DNA of 64,000 bases, from the NCBI RefSeq assembly GCF_027921745.1, contig NC_079238.1, forward strand, positions 1,612,001 through 1,676,000, written 5' to 3'. Source of the DNA: Schizosaccharomyces osmophilus (lineage: Eukaryota). The position numbers and the translations under genes are program-made. How positions within the stretch are numbered: the stretch's first letter is position 1; every line of letters starts with the position of its first letter. Below the pieces are notes generated by a model. The model was not told where the DNA came from. It made no database searches and worked only from the letters and a program-made list of their open reading frames with translations. Positions 34,136-47,678 of this stretch are shown piece by piece.

Positions 34136-37100
34136 ATGAAAGGAAGTAATTCCTTTGGAAAAACATTGAAATTACGAACAAACATGAGCTTTAAAGAGGA
34201 ACCTCAAATTGATGATAGCAACGCGACTTCAGGAGTCCAAAACGAAAAAATATTTGAACTGGTAATTAGCCAAAGGAATATCATTAATGATTTGCGTAGA
34301 GATTTGAAGCAAGCCGTTTCTGAGAATGGCTTTCTGCGATCAAAAATAAGTAAACTGGAAAATGTGGAAACCTCGATTTCTCAGACCCATAGTGATGCTG
34401 AAAGTCCTTCTTTAAATACTGAAAGTTTGATTGCAAAGATAGTGTCAAAGGATCAAAGGAATAATTTATCACCAAGTTTCCTGGCAGGTACTGGCAAAAA
34501 CGATCGATCATCGTTTTCTTCCCTTATTCCTGGAAGTTCGCCTTTAGAAGATCGAAGTCATAATTCTTACAATGATAGACCCCAACTTTTATTGAATACA
34601 AAACGTCTTCCTTTAAATGCAACTCCTGGTCCATACGAGCCACATTCTTCGCTTTCTTCACCTGTGTCGTACGAAAAATATGCAGCTTTGCGAAATGAGG
34701 CAGCAAAGACTCGATGGTTTATGAAAGAGGATCTGGAATCTGCTGAAAGTCTTTCTCCTACTTCAACAAACAATCTTGCCGATGAAAATAATTTGGCTCC
34801 TAAAGATTCTGTAAGAGGCAAGAGAGAGGGGTTTGATTTTACATTAGAGGACTTGTCTACGAAAAAGACTGCTGCTTTGGATACTTATGATAATACAAGG
34901 TCTAAACCCGGTAGTAAAAACTCGCGTTCTAGCTTCTTGTCTCCTACTCCTTCCTTAGCTTATCCAGAGCCCGTATCTAAATTCAAGAGTCATTCAGTTG
35001 TTGGTTCACCTGAAACAATTGCTTCTGAACCCTTATCTACGTTAAAGGTTCCGGATAGTGATATTTGCTTGACCCGACGTCTTTCTGATTCTAATCGGAC
35101 ATGGACTATCATTGAACCTCATTCACCCACGGAACAAGTAGAACAACAAATTCCTGTGGTTCAACCGAAAGAACCTAGGAAATCTAATGCGAAGTCTTTT
35201 CTGTCTTCTATCTCTTCTTTGACGTCGTTTGCTCGTCCGAAACCAGAATATCGCACTAAAAGTGATTCCGTAGCTGATGATCCGCAGTCGATATCTACAA
35301 CTAATTCTGAGACTTTGTACAACAACAAACTCAGCTTCAGGTTGGATGAGTCATTGGTGCGGTACTTGAAGTTTGATTTAATGAAAACGACTCTATCTTC
35401 TTCATCCACGGTATTTGATAATATTATTTTACATTTTGTGGTGGGTGTTACCGCTGTACCACCGCTTGCTTCACAGTGGAAGGATGAAGTGTGGAGCTAT
35501 TCCAGAAGCATTGGTCAATGTCGAGCGTTTGATGCTTCATTTGTTTTAGATGTTGGTGCTCCACCATTTCCGACGCTCGATTGGTTTACAAATGATTCAT
35601 CTTATATACAAAATGAGTTACTTCGACGATCTGTTGATACATATTTCCGTTACATTTTTCAAGCTGATCTTACCCTGGAGCAGAAAGTTAAGTTGATTCA
35701 ATTCTTAAGTAAAGATACTTTACGAGAATATCTCAATGATGTTTTCTTTCTTCCTCCAGAGCATGCTCAAAAAGAAGGAGTTTTACTTAGGTATATTAAG
35801 AATAGCGGACTTGTATCCCGCTATTTTTACTTGAAAGACAGGGTTTTGTATTATGCGGAAAACCGTAATGCACCGGTTTTGGGAACAATACAATTACAAG
35901 AGGCACTCGTCCACAGATATAGTGCAAATCTTCCTATTTTTGCTATTATTGATCCTCCGCATCAATTTTTAACTGGCGAAAATTATCAGTCTGCGTTTGT
36001 TATACAGGAAAAGCAAACTGAACAGAAAAATAGGACAGATACTATTCATGTCCTATTGGCGAAAGACATAGAAGATCAGCAAAGTTGGTTACGTGCAATC
36101 GTCAGTCTTATCCCTTCTATCTCTACTTCGTCTACTCCGGCTGATGTTCAAATTCAGGCTTCGGATTTTCCTGGATCTCGTCGAAATCCATACGATAAGC
36201 AAGAGGAAAAGGTTAGCCAAACGGATTTTTCACATAGCGTTAGCGGCTGGAGTTTGGAAGAGGATGCTCAATCGCAAACCGATATTGCAGATAACGACGG
36301 CTTTGGAAGATTGGGGGATGTAGGAAGTATTAGTGATGGAGCAAGCTTGAATCTTGACACTCCCCCCATCGGAAGTAGTGATACTGAATTATCATTTGCA
36401 AGTACCTCGGGAAACAGCGTTTTGGAGACTGATGCTAGAATGACAAAACTTGCACCAAATTCTGTTAGCGAAGAACAGATATCAAGAAAGGATAATAATG
36501 CATCTATAGAAGAGGATTTCCTCAATCATTTCAAACGAGTTAATGTTTCTGGGAATAAGATGCCACAAGCACAAAATCAGCCTTCAAACATAAAAAGTCT
36601 GGAGGGGATACATAACGAGTCCAGTTCCTTCGATGACAACACCGACCCAGAACCTACATCGTTAGCAACATCAAAGGAACATCCCATAACAAAGCATACC
36701 GAGGTCTTTGGAATACCGCTAGTGGACGCGGTAGAGCTAGGCTCGCAGTTTAATGAAAGTGGTCTTCCTATTGTAATCTACCGGTGCTTGGAATACTTGG
36801 AAGCTGTGCGTGCAGAAAAAGAAGAAGGTATATATCGGTTGAGTGGTTCTTCCTCCGCAATAAAAGGTTTAAAAGAACAATTTGACAAAGGCGTTGACTA
36901 TGACTTGGTAAATTCAAAAGAAGTGTTTGATGTTCATGCTGTAGCTGCTTTGCTGAAACTATACCTTCGTGAATTACCAACCAATTTACTGGATAGTTCG
37001 TTACAAAGAATCATTGAGTTAATGCCGGGGATTCCCCATATGAAGAGCTCGATGGATGAACTTTGTCGTATACTTGGGGAGTTACCCGTTGAAAACTTTG

Positions 37101-37300
37101 TCCTTCTAGACTCTCTTTTGCACCATCTCCGCAGAATTATTACCTTTGAGAAGTATAACAAAATGAACGTGAGAAACGTCGGAATCGTTTTTTCTCCAAC
37201 TCTGAACATTCCTTCTGATGTTTTTAATATGTTCATAGAAAACTATGAGCTAATTTTCACTGACTATATTCGTCAAACAAATGCGAATTTAGTTGATTAA
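34136..37300 (+). CDS. rga2: Rho GTPase-activating protein with a PH domain
   Basis: PH (QKEGVLL..SRYFYLKD) and RhoGAP (VFGIPL, EEGIYRLSG arginine finger, LLKLYLRELP, NKMNVRNVGIVFSPTL). Symbol from synteny. Confidence 0.9.
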   Translation: MKGSNSFGKTLKLRTNMSFKEEPQIDDSNATSGVQNEKIFELVISQRNIINDLRRDLKQAVSENGFLRSKISKLENVETSISQTHSDAESPSLNTESLIAKIVSKDQRNNLSPSFLAGTGKNDRSSFSSLIPGSSPLEDRSHNSYNDRPQLLLNTKRLPLNATPGPYEPHSSLSSPVSYEKYAALRNEAAKTRWFMKEDLESAESLSPTSTNNLADENNLAPKDSVRGKREGFDFTLEDLSTKKTAALDTYDNTRSKPGSKNSRSSFLSPTPSLAYPEPVSKFKSHSVVGSPETIASEPLSTLKVPDSDICLTRRLSDSNRTWTIIEPHSPTEQVEQQIPVVQPKEPRKSNAKSFLSSISSLTSFARPKPEYRTKSDSVADDPQSISTTNSETLYNNKLSFRLDESLVRYLKFDLMKTTLSSSSTVFDNIILHFVVGVTAVPPLASQWKDEVWSYSRSIGQCRAFDASFVLDVGAPPFPTLDWFTNDSSYIQNELLRRSVDTYFRYIFQADLTLEQKVKLIQFLSKDTLREYLNDVFFLPPEHAQKEGVLLRYIKNSGLVSRYFYLKDRVLYYAENRNAPVLGTIQLQEALVHRYSANLPIFAIIDPPHQFLTGENYQSAFVIQEKQTEQKNRTDTIHVLLAKDIEDQQSWLRAIVSLIPSISTSSTPADVQIQASDFPGSRRNPYDKQEEKVSQTDFSHSVSGWSLEEDAQSQTDIADNDGFGRLGDVGSISDGASLNLDTPPIGSSDTELSFASTSGNSVLETDARMTKLAPNSVSEEQISRKDNNASIEEDFLNHFKRVNVSGNKMPQAQNQPSNIKSLEGIHNESSSFDDNTDPEPTSLATSKEHPITKHTEVFGIPLVDAVELGSQFNESGLPIVIYRCLEYLEAVRAEKEEGIYRLSGSSSAIKGLKEQFDKGVDYDLVNSKEVFDVHAVAALLKLYLRELPTNLLDSSLQRIIELMPGIPHMKSSMDELCRILGELPVENFVLLDSLLHHLRRIITFEKYNKMNVRNVGIVFSPTLNIPSDVFNMFIENYELIFTDYIRQTNANLVD

Positions 37301-37918
37301 TTTGTACTCATTTCGTTCTTTTCTTTTTATTCAAATATAATCGACGCTCTTTTCTTATTTCTGGGACTATATTATATTTTTTGCCTTTTATCGTTCGTTA
37401 GCATTTCTTTATGATTTAATTTATGGATTAAATATGTTTGGGTTTAAATAAAGAAAAAAATCAACAATAAAAATCACTACGTTACCTATTGTATATAGCA
37501 AAAAATTGTTTTTAGAAAATTCTATTCAAATAATAAGTAATGATATTTGCGTTAAACGTAAATTCTCTAACATGAACGAGTCCGTAAATAACAGTTAAAA
37601 GTAAAGTTTACATGGACCTGTCTGATCCTTGAAAACTTTCTTTACTTTCTTTCTGTGAACCATACCATACAAAAGAAAGGATTCAGAGATGGGCATCTTT
37701 TTCTCGTGCGCATATCATTTAAATGACAATGCAGAATCATCTGTAAAAGTATGAGAGATTGTGTAGTGTTCGACATAAAGGAGCACACGAGATTTCTATC
37801 ATTTTATAATAAAAATTATTGATCGCTCAAAGCATTATGGACGGAAAAGTTTCACGGAACATAGCTCGAACGATGGCTATTAATAACATAATCCCTGCGC
37901 GTACCTGTTGCAATAGTT

Positions 37919-38430
37919 CTATACAGGACGAAAACCTGGGGGAGGAGCACCTCGTCCAAAACCAGCTGGAGGAGGAGGGGCGCTGAAACCAATTCCGCGA
38001 ACAGGCCCAGCTAAACCAACAGGAGCTTGTCCAAGGGGTACTCCTCGCCCAGCAGGACGAGCAACACCAGGACCATTAAGCAAACCACCTCTCATTGATG
38101 GATCCATTGGTGGTGGTCCTTGAACAGAGAGCGAGACAATAAACTCACCGCGTAGAATCACAAGGCCTAGCATGCGCTTTTCCTCGTACACCGAGTTTGA
38201 AGGGTTATTTTGTTTACGGATGTGACGATATTCCAGACAGTCACTCAAAACCAAGTTCATATGACCGTCAAAAGCTAATAATTGCCCTACAAAAGTCCGT
38301 CCATCTTTTGTAGTTACATTTAAAGAATGATTTAACAAAGAAACCATCTTTGTCGTACCCTAAAATAACGAGACATGTTTAGCAGTGCATTCCAATAATT
38401 TATTTTATCCTTCTTATATTTACTTACCAT
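37919..38430 (-). CDS. smb1: Sm snRNP core protein SmB (exons 38430-38428, 38359-37919)
   Basis: DGRTFVGQLLAFDGHMNLVLSDC, LGLVILRGE and a Pro/Gly/Arg tail; the first coding exon is the ATG alone. Confidence 0.94.
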
Positions 38431-38535
38431 TTTGGAGAAAAATTGAAATTAAGAAAACCCTACTGCGGCTTTCTTATTGATGCAGGAATATGAGCTCTGT
38501 CGACTGGGGTCCTGGCCGAAATGGTGGTGAGGTTA

Positions 38536-38566
38536 ACCCTACCCTGATGATAGACTAACAGTCACA
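38536..38566 (+). promoter_or_regulatory. Homol E (ACCCTACCCT) and Homol D (CAGTCACA) boxes of the rpl11 promoter
   Basis: Exact matches at 38536-38545 and 38559-38566, about 80 bp upstream of the rpl11 ATG; established fission-yeast ribosomal protein promoter elements. Confidence 0.88.
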
Positions 38567-38642
38567 TTGTCACAACGAAACGTCTTGTGAGAATGTGAAA
38601 TGCGTTCGACAAAAAGTTGGCATCCACCAAGAATAATACAGA

Positions 38643-39167
38643 ATGGCAGAGCAGGCACAAAACCCTATGAAGGAGCTCCGTATCTCCAAGTTGGTGCTCA
38701 ACATTTCCTTGGGCGAATCTGGTGATCGTCTCACCCGTGCCGCAAAGGTTTTGGAGCAACTTTCTGGTCAAACTCCTGTTTTCTCCAAGGCCCGTTACAC
38801 TATTCGTCGTTTCGGTATCCGCCGTAACGAAAAGATTTCCTGCCATGTCACTGTCCGTGGCCCCAAGGCTGAGGAAATTTTGGAGCGTGGTCTCAAGGTC
38901 AAGGAGTACGAGTTGAAGCGTCGCAACTTTTCTGCCACTGGTAACTTCGGCTTCGGTATCCAAGAGCACATTGACTTGGGTATCAAGTACGATCCTTCCA
39001 TTGGTATTTATGGTATGGATTTCTACGTCGTTATGGACCGTCCCGGTATGCGTGTCACTCGCCGTAAGGCTCAACGCAGCCGTATTGGTTTCCCTCACAA
39101 GATCACTCCTGAGGATACCGTCAACTGGTTCAAGCAAAAGTATGATGCTCTTGTTACGGGGAAGTAA
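38643..39167 (+). CDS. rpl11: 60S ribosomal protein L11 (uL5)
   Basis: [34 protein letters not shown]; strong codon bias. Confidence 0.97.
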   Translation: MAEQAQNPMKELRISKLVLNISLGESGDRLTRAAKVLEQLSGQTPVFSKARYTIRRFGIRRNEKISCHVTVRGPKAEEILERGLKVKEYELKRRNFSATGNFGFGIQEHIDLGIKYDPSIGIYGMDFYVVMDRPGMRVTRRKAQRSRIGFPHKITPEDTVNWFKQKYDALVTGK

Positions 39168-39504
39168 TTTAAAACTCTTTACTCTTTTGTATTCTACCTT
39201 TTTTATGGTGAATGGTAGCAAATAGTTTGCGATCTGCGTACAAGTAATTTTTGGTAACAGTAAGTTTTTTATGATTGTAATAAGCTAGTTGTAAAAGAAA
39301 TATCGTCTTTGCAAGTCGTGTTGATGTGTATCTTTGTGAGTGTAAGGCAGCTACTACATCCAAAAATCAAATTCATATGAAATACAATCCAAATTAATTA
39401 AACAAGGGTTCTGATCAACGACAAGTTAATACCAAATATGTCATTCCTTTCCTTTTTTTTTTCTAAATTAACCCTATAGTATACATGCCCTGTAAATACC
39501 CAAA

Positions 39505-40503
39505 TCAAAATGCAGCCTTTCTACGACGTCCAGAGTATTTGGAGTCTTTGGGCACGGAAAGCCGACCACGTTTACGGTTCAAATCCTTTTTGTGAACGAT
39601 ATATTCACGAGTGCTCATATCGTGCTTCCGTTTCAATTTGCGCTTTTTAGCGACTACTTTTTCGTCTTCAATTGACATTTCACTTGTATTCAATGTCCGC
39701 ATTCCACCGGCTTGTAGAATCAAATAAAACTTTTTCTGTCTTTTCGATTCTGGATGATCAACGACCATACCACCTGCAAATCCGCACTTCTTCGCTGTGT
39801 CGAGAATCATTTGCTGGGAGCGGTCGCTTTCGGGATAATATTGCATAACCGCTCGGCCTCCACGTCTCATACTGCTGTACAGCGTCTCGAAAAAGCGATT
39901 TAATCGTCTCTGAGGCACATTGCAGGTCTTATCGGCGTTTAGCAACCACTGAATTGCAGAGATCGAAATAACACCATCAAAGGTTCCTGCACGAAAGGGG
40001 ACTCCATTTCCCATATCAGCCAGCAGCATATCACCTTCAACTTCTTGGGACTCCAAGGCAACGGAAAGCATCGACGGAGAAATGTCCATTCCAACAGCAA
40101 CATGGCCGTAACTTTCAGCTATACTTGTTGAAATTCCAGACCCACATCCGATGTCCAATAACAAGGAAGGGCCTTCAGGATCAAGTAGTTCAATTGCGCG
40201 CTCCGTCATCTCAGCTTGGATAGACTGGATACGAGTACTAAATTTTGTGTTATTAGTGAATGTTCCATTGGAAAGCCCCCGTTGCTAAAAAGCAACATGA
40301 ATGTGCACTTTTGCGCCTTTCTTTTCGCTGTAAAGTCCTCATCACGCTAGCATTTCTACCGACATTGACTTACTTGCTGTTATATTTGCCTGCCTCTTCA
40401 TCATTGTAGAACTAAACTCAGTGTCAGCATTCCGTCTCTCTTGTTTATCATTTTCTTTCCCACTTACGAATTCCGGAGGTGCGATATGCTCGGGTCTTGA
40501 CAT
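39505..40503 (-). CDS. bud23: 18S rRNA m7G methyltransferase Bud23 (3 exons)
   Basis: MSRPEHIAPPEF|FYNDEEAGKY..|TRIQSIQAEMTERAIELL, LLDIGCGSG, FDGVISISAIQWL, and C-terminal SKYSGRRRK. Confidence 0.94.
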
Positions 40504-40797
40504 ATTTAAGACAATAAATAGGCAAACGCTGAAGACAACTTGCTTGGTACCATCAAACTGTTCTTTCTGGTAATGGGATTGGTATAGCGCAGTACGCTGC
40601 AACTCAGTCGTATCTCAAGTCTTTCATACACAGGTGAAAAATTACATTACTCTGCTGATATACTCTTCGTAAATTACTAGCATCGTCTATAGTATCATAA
40701 TAGGATTGATTTCTTGCTATGAACCTCAAGTTCTAGTAGTTCAAAAAGAATGGCATTAAATTTCTTGATAACGAATACATAATGGAGAAAAAGTAGC

Positions 40798-43700
40798 TTA
40801 AAATCCAAAGCCAGAAGCACCGGTATTGTTGCCTCCAGTAGCCATAGGTCCTTGTGTAAGCATCAAGGTGTTGCCGAGAATGCCAGTACCCAGGTTGCTT
40901 GGTTCCTCATCAGGCTTGGCTGCCCCTTTTTCCTTAATATCCTTTTCCAGAGTCAAGATTTTGGAGAACATTTCAGCTTGGAAGTTAATAAAGTAAGGAT
41001 AAGCGTAATCCTGTAATCCCTTGCGCCAACTAATCTCCATCACTAAGTCATTACGAAGCAAATGATAGCAAGTATATAAGATTGCAGTAAAGCATTCATA
41101 GTTACCGATTTCCACAAAGTATTTCATCAAATCCTCAGCGATCTCAGTTTGGTTGGAATCACGAGCGGTAATAATGGCATCCTTGTAAAATCGATCCTGC
41201 TTTGAAAGTTCAATGGATTGGATCCACCGTCTGTTTTTACGGTAGATGTAAGCTGCAATGCGACGGAATTCAAGCAAAGTATGCTTTTCAAGTCGCCTAG
41301 CTAAGGCAATAGCATCAAATCTATCATAGTTATCAATCGAATCTTGCAAAGATTGGTAATCTTCCATTTCAATCAATAAATCGTTGTAAGCATTGTTGAC
41401 AGCTTCAATATTCAGATGCTGAATAGCAACCATAAAGTTCATAATGAGGGGTGTATTTTCAGACTTTTCAAAGATGCGGATAACACGGGCATGATCAATG
41501 CGAGAAGTTAAAGCAGCCAATAAATCGGTAAGAAGCATAGGATGTTGTTCCAAATAAAAATGCAAGGCTCTATAGTACAACTCCAAGTTTGCCACGTGTA
41601 CAATGATATCCTTAAATGATTGATGATCAAAAGCTTCAGGTTCTTCCATCATTATGGCAGCAGCATTATCGTAACTTTGGTCGTGAACATACAAGAAAAC
41701 GGCTTCGTTCCAAAGGTGTGCTTGATCGCATGCCTTAACAACCTTGGCCATATTGAGTCTACCCCAGAATAGCTTCAAATGCTCCATCAAGCGCTCAGGT
41801 TTGTACTTGGAATAGAGAATAGCAAGCTCAGTATAAAAAGCCATGTGAGCACGTTCCAGTCCTAAACCAGCTTCCATTAGGGAAATTACTTCGTCAAAAT
41901 AGCCGCGGTCCTCATACAAACGAATAAGGAAAGAAAGTTCTTCAGCATGAACAATCAAGTTCAAGCCACAGATTTGAGCTAAACGGAATTCGCGCTGTTC
42001 AATACAAGCAGTACCAACTTGCTTCCATACCTTAATGGAGTTGGCTTTACGAGCGCAATCAACAGCTCCCTGATATTCACTAAGGTAAACCAAAGTAGTA
42101 GCAAGCATGGACCAGTTGGAAATGCTAGAATACATAATTTTGGCGGCTTCATATTTACCACTGCCAAAGCATTCATCACCAACTGCCTTCACATCAGCCA
42201 CATTGGAGCCAATCAAAAAGGTCTCCATCTCGGTCAATTGGTTGGTTCTGGCATATGAAACTAAGATGGCACTGTCAACATCGGGCTCGTGCATCTTGCT
42301 TCTAGCCATAAAGAGGTATTTAATTAAATCTTCATATTTACCAGCTCGAGAGGATAATTCAATAACCTCTTCATAATTGGAGGGATCATTGGCCTTTAGG
42401 TAAGAAGCAATGGCTTCGGAGATTCTAATACCATCCAGTTGTGCCTTGGCTAGACGAGACCAGACTTCAGGTTCGTCCACAATTTCGGCGTATTCTTCAG
42501 CACGATCAAGACTGACAATATCCTCGACGAGAACCTTCATTGCTTCTTCGTGCTTTTGATGAGATTTGTAGATTTTAAAGGCTTCTTCAAACAAGCCGTT
42601 TTCTACTGCAATCTCAGATATTTCTTCAACATCGTAGTTGTGAAGTCGCTCGATATACTCCATGACACGTGACTTATCGGCCTTTATAGCTGTCAAAAAT
42701 AGCAAGTTTTGAAGATTAGCGTTTTCACTAAAGGATGATGGTTGCAAAACGATCTTCTCTAAAAGCTCAATCAATTGACTAGGAAGGTCAACTTCCATAA
42801 GAGAACGAACCACAATGGAAACTGCCTCAGGATCTGAAGATTCAGGAACAGCGGTTGCAATAACTTGGTCAAGCAAAGGTCTGCGGTACAATTGATCTTG
42901 TAATACATCCACCCATAGCTCGGGGTCGCTTCTCTTGAGCAAATAACGAGCCAATTGCTTAAACATTGAATTTTCGTTACAAAGAGCAATTAGCTCACCA
43001 TCATTGGTGCCCTTCTCGTAAGCGATGAAAGCTAAATAAGGATCACGCTTTTCACAATATTTACCAATCGAGAGGGTGTCATATACATTATTCTCCTTAA
43101 GGAAAACCTCTGGATTGTTGTTGGAATCGATGTAGATTTTAGCAAGAGCATCATAGATAGCACGATCTTGATTGCCCGACTGTAATAATGATTCCAAGTA
43201 AGGGAGCAACAATTTGAGACGGTTCCGTCTTTCTACTTCTTCTACCAATTCATCAACAGGAACTTGACCAATAACAGAGTTTAAGAGGGTCTTCACAAAC
43301 TCTTCTTCACAATCCATATCCAACAGAGCCCCAATAACATGTGGGGTTTTCAAAGGATTGATACGTTGCACATAAATTTGGATAAATTGAAGAAGATTAT
43401 TTCGATAAAGGTAGAAGATCAAATCGTTAACAAAGTTATAACGATCGCAAACAAGGATTAATGGAAGTTGATCAGCTAGCTTGGCTTCTTTAAGCAAGTT
43501 TTTAACCTTCTCAGGGTTATAAACGTTATTGTCACGGCAAATACGCTCAACTTCGGTGAATTGGTTCATGAGACAAGCCGCTTGAATGTACTTATAAACA
43601 ACGTCAGCATCTTGAGTAACGTTGACGATGCTACCAAGGTAATAATAAAGGCCCTCAAAAGTCTTGAACTTTTCGAACATGTCAATAAGTCGTTGGGGTC

Positions 43701-45919
43701 CAACTAAATCAGAATAACGAGTAGCAACTTGTACTACTACTTGCAAGTTTTGGCGGAGGTTTGTGCGGAGCATCTCTCTAAGGTAATCATAAACTTCATC
43801 AGGTGAAAATTTGCCGAAATACGACATTAACCATTCAGGATTCAATAAATTAGTATGCACAATGACTCTCTTGATATCTGCGGGTTTCTCGTAAAGCTCT
43901 AAAGCACGCTGAACCAAGCCCGCACGTTCACTAAGAGAAGCAATAGCCTGATGGTCGAAATGAGAAAACATTTGATTGCCAAGGATAGCATCTGCGACCT
44001 GAGGGGCATTGATAAGATTCATCTCGAGCAAACGAGTCTGCAAATGAGCGTGTGCTGGATTATCATCCTTAAGAGCGTCCAACAAAAAGGCAGTAGCCTG
44101 TTGTACAAGGTTTTGAGACATAAAAATATCAACAATCTTTTCCAAGTTCACAGAAGGGTCGCTATTGTACATTTGAGTAGCGAATTCAGCAGCCTGATCA
44201 GGATTAACTCGAACCAAATTTTGCAAAAGCGAAACATAATCTGGAGTGAAGCTCGTTTGGCTTGTGTAGGTAACCAATCTATTAAAGTCACCGAGTTCAG
44301 ACAAGCACATAACCACTTTGTTGGGAACATTAGCTGCTTCATACACTTTCAAAGCCAAGGAAGAATCCACCGGCTTGACAAGGTCACCCAGTGCTTCTGT
44401 ACAAGCAAGCTTGTCCTCGCTGTACCACTTTTCTAAAAGTTGGACGCGGTTTTGAGCAAGCACTGGACGAGCTAACTCTAATGACTCATGTTCATTTAAA
44501 GGACCCTTATCTAACAAGGTGCCGAAATATTGCAAGATAGGGGCTATTTGACCAGGAACAGCAGGTAATTGCTTAAATTGTTCAATAACCTGAGCCGTAC
44601 GTAGGATGCCACGGGGCGAAGAGGCAGCCACTTTAGCGGCATCACCATACTTACCTTGCATCATTAATTGCTGGAATTGTTGAGCATACAAATTGTCAGC
44701 TCCGGGTAAATTGGCACGTGAAGCTAGTCGAACAGCCAATCCTGCATCACTCAAATTGTTTAAGACATAAGGAATAATTGTGTCGGGGTTTATGGAAACA
44801 CTGAGGACTTGACCTTTACGATTAACAGCCATGACACCGTTTACGGATTCATGGGGAGTGGTAACGAAAATAGACTCGCCGGATACACGATTCATATAGA
44901 TGCATTTAGCAGTTTCCAAATCATAAACATGAATAAAACCAAATTTCGTAGAGACATAAGCGACACCATATCTAGGCGCAATTTGAATGGCAATAGGAAA
45001 GTCATTAGCAGCTTCAGGTGGGAAGAAGAGGTCGACGGTTTTCGTAGCAAAAGCAGGATTATTAGGATTGCGATCGATTTCAACAATACTTAATTTGGAA
45101 CCGGAGGGTAACCGGCTGGCAAGGGCAAGCACTTGTACATCATAACTGAGGCCTTCTGGTCGGATAACGGCAAAGGCAGAGGCATGGCTTTCTAAAGGTT
45201 GACTAACTTTTCTCTTCTTGGAGTAGAGTTGTAAGTTACCGGCAATGCGATTGTCCCGCGATGAGATACCAATAAGGGTAAACCATTCTTCATTATAATT
45301 GCTTCTGTACGAAATGATTTGTGTTCCGTTCAAAGAGCTGTGACGATCAAACATTTTGACGGGATCAGACCCTGTAAGAGACCAATGGTATACGGAAGTA
45401 TCGGTAACAATACCGATGGTAGAGTCACTGATCCAAGTCCAATAAACAACCTCTTGAGTCATCACAAAGCTGTTCAACTTGGCTTTGGCTTCTAAATCAA
45501 ACACCTGAAGTTGTTTTTGAGCCTTCAAGGCAATAATCATCTTTTTTGGATGCATAATTACTGAATCAGCGGAAATGGGTCGACGAACCACATCTTGAGG
45601 GTTCTCAAGGTCAACGATTACTACTTGATTGGCGCCGTTGGAATTATCGCGAATACTACAACAGAGAAAGAGTGTTAGTATGTGGTCTGAGGATCTCACG
45701 CTCATTTGCAAACCAGAGTTTTTCAGAGATGCACAAAATAAAAGTCCTTACCAAACATATTTTTCTGATTGAAGAGTAACATTGGTAAAGCCAAATGAAG
45801 GCTGAACTCCCAAAGAAGCCAGCTATAGAACCAAGTTAGCTTCTCCATTTAAATACCTTTTTTTAACCAGAACATACCTGTAATACTTCACTGAACCGTA
45901 TTGGTAATTGTTGAGCCAT
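40798..45919 (-). CDS. chc1: Clathrin heavy chain (3 exons)
   Basis: [14 protein letters not shown] start, [13 protein letters not shown] propeller and CHCR repeats; about 1660 aa. Confidence 0.97.
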
Positions 45920-46702
45920 TTTTTTAGTCCACGGCTGGCAATGCGTCGTGGTAGAGAGAGGGAGACGGTAAGTTCGAAATCGCAGGGGCTGGTGACGCCA
46001 GGTTCCTTACCCTTTTGTTCGCGAACAAGAGGAAGGGTGAGGCAGACCTCTGTGAAAGTAAGAATTATAGATAAAAACAAATGGATTGGTCAAGGTAGTA
46101 AATCGTGAGTTTTTTTTATTCTTTTTTGTCGTGAATCTTAGTCCCGGTATGGGCTTGTTTTGATCTTGGGTTGAGTCGCTTCAATAAATACACTCATAAA
46201 GTGGAAGAATCCTACTTCTCATATGTACATCAGGAATCATTTTCACGTCTTTTGACCATTCTACAGTAATAGCTTAAAAACTGGGAAGAAAGTCTTTTGC
46301 TTTCTGTATCTGACAAGCTCTACATCAATATTTCTGGAACACCATGGTACCGAACAACAAAAATACAAAAGATGAAAACTATCAACCAAAGAAAGATTGA
46401 CGAGTGAAATTATGTAGTGCATACAACAATACAAACTACTGGAAATCCCGTCGTTGCGTCTTTAGATTTTGACGCCCTTAGGACAATTAAACTATGTGCT
46501 TGCTCCTACCTAACAGATAGCCTTACCATAATACCTCTCTTGATGTTACGGCTTCTACCTTAACCTACGATCAATATAAATAGTAATAATCCCTACTCTG
46601 ATATCCATTGATATTGTGCCCTGACATAACCCATTTATATGTTGAGGAACTGTATTTTATATAACACACACAGTTGCTGTGTCTATGAAAACCATACAAA
46701 AA

Positions 46703-47233
46703 TTAGTAGAAAGTGGTAGGGCGGTGAGGAGCAAAGACCTTCTTGCCAGCCAAGCCGAGAGTACCAGTACGGCGGTGAGGGAGAGGGAACTTCAACTTGG
46801 GATCGAGAAGTTGCTTGACGTAGCTACGGCGAACTTCTTCCTTGTTCTCAACGGTAACCACCTTGAGAATACGGATGCTACGGAAACGAGCACGGTGACG
46901 AGCAGCCATATCTTGGTACATGCCTTCGACAGCGCCAACACGGGTGGTGTCGCGGAATTCCTTGTACATGTTGTGAGTACCGGAGCGAGAGTCATAACGA
47001 ATCCAGATACCAAAAACCTTAGGTTGAAGAGGCTTGGGTTCGTGAATTTGGTTAATGGCAACAATTTCACCAGTGGCCTTCTTGACCTTGTTGATCATCT
47101 TCAAGAAGTACCAGTAACGAGACTTGGCGACAGATTCGTTAGGAGCAAACAAACGCATACGGAATAACTTAGGAACAGGTTCCTGTTCAGTTGGGACCTT
47201 GCGGCCGACGACTTGATACTCCTTAAGTGCCAT
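46703..47233 (-). CDS. rpl20: 60S ribosomal protein L20 (eL20/L18a)
   Basis: [47 protein letters not shown]; true ATG at 47233. Confidence 0.97.
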   Translation of the reverse strand: MALKEYQVVGRKVPTEQEPVPKLFRMRLFAPNESVAKSRYWYFLKMINKVKKATGEIVAINQIHEPKPLQPKVFGIWIRYDSRSGTHNMYKEFRDTTRVGAVEGMYQDMAARHRARFRSIRILKVVTVENKEEVRRSYVKQLLDPKLKFPLPHRRTGTLGLAGKKVFAPHRPTTFY

Positions 47234-47289
47234 TTTCCCCAAATTGGTGTAGTCTACGAAAGTTTTGTTGCTCTGTTCAAGGTATAGTT

Positions 47290-47297
47290 TGTGACTG
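47290..47297 (-). promoter_or_regulatory. Homol D box upstream of rpl20
   Basis: TGTGACTG (CAGTCACA on the minus strand) about 57 bp upstream of the ATG. Confidence 0.8.
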
Positions 47298-47678
47298 CGA
47301 ATTTCAACAACACATTTTAACGGATTTGTAAGCGTTGCGGTAAATCTTCACCACTATCCTCCACTTATTGTTTACATAGTTTTTAGAAAGAAGTCTCAAA
47401 AATAGTTAATTTTATCAAAATTAAGGTCGTTGGTGCCTTTAGAATTTCATTTAAATTGATTTTAAATTGTTAGAAGTGGAGACGATAGCCATTTGAGACA
47501 CTAGTTATTGTACAGTATAAGTTATTCCAAAAAAAAAAAAAAAGAAAGAAAGAAAGAATTAAACAGAGACTACTCCCGCTGTAGCCACCTGTGATTCAAT
47601 GGTCCATAAAAACGTTCTCAAAGAAGACGCCGGCAGTAGCTTACCCTTAGCTGAAAAGTGCTAGAAAACCAAGCAAAG

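Noticed and set aside
38562..39221. 219-aa antisense ORF over rpl11 (similarly 62067-62696 over rps6, 46679-47167 over rpl20, 17992-18603 over the SDR)
   Set aside because: These are shadow ORFs expected from strong codon bias on the opposite strand, with no recognisable protein features.
39566..39590. GGTTCAAATCC tRNA B-box-like string
   Set aside because: It lies inside the bud23 CDS with no cloverleaf around it.
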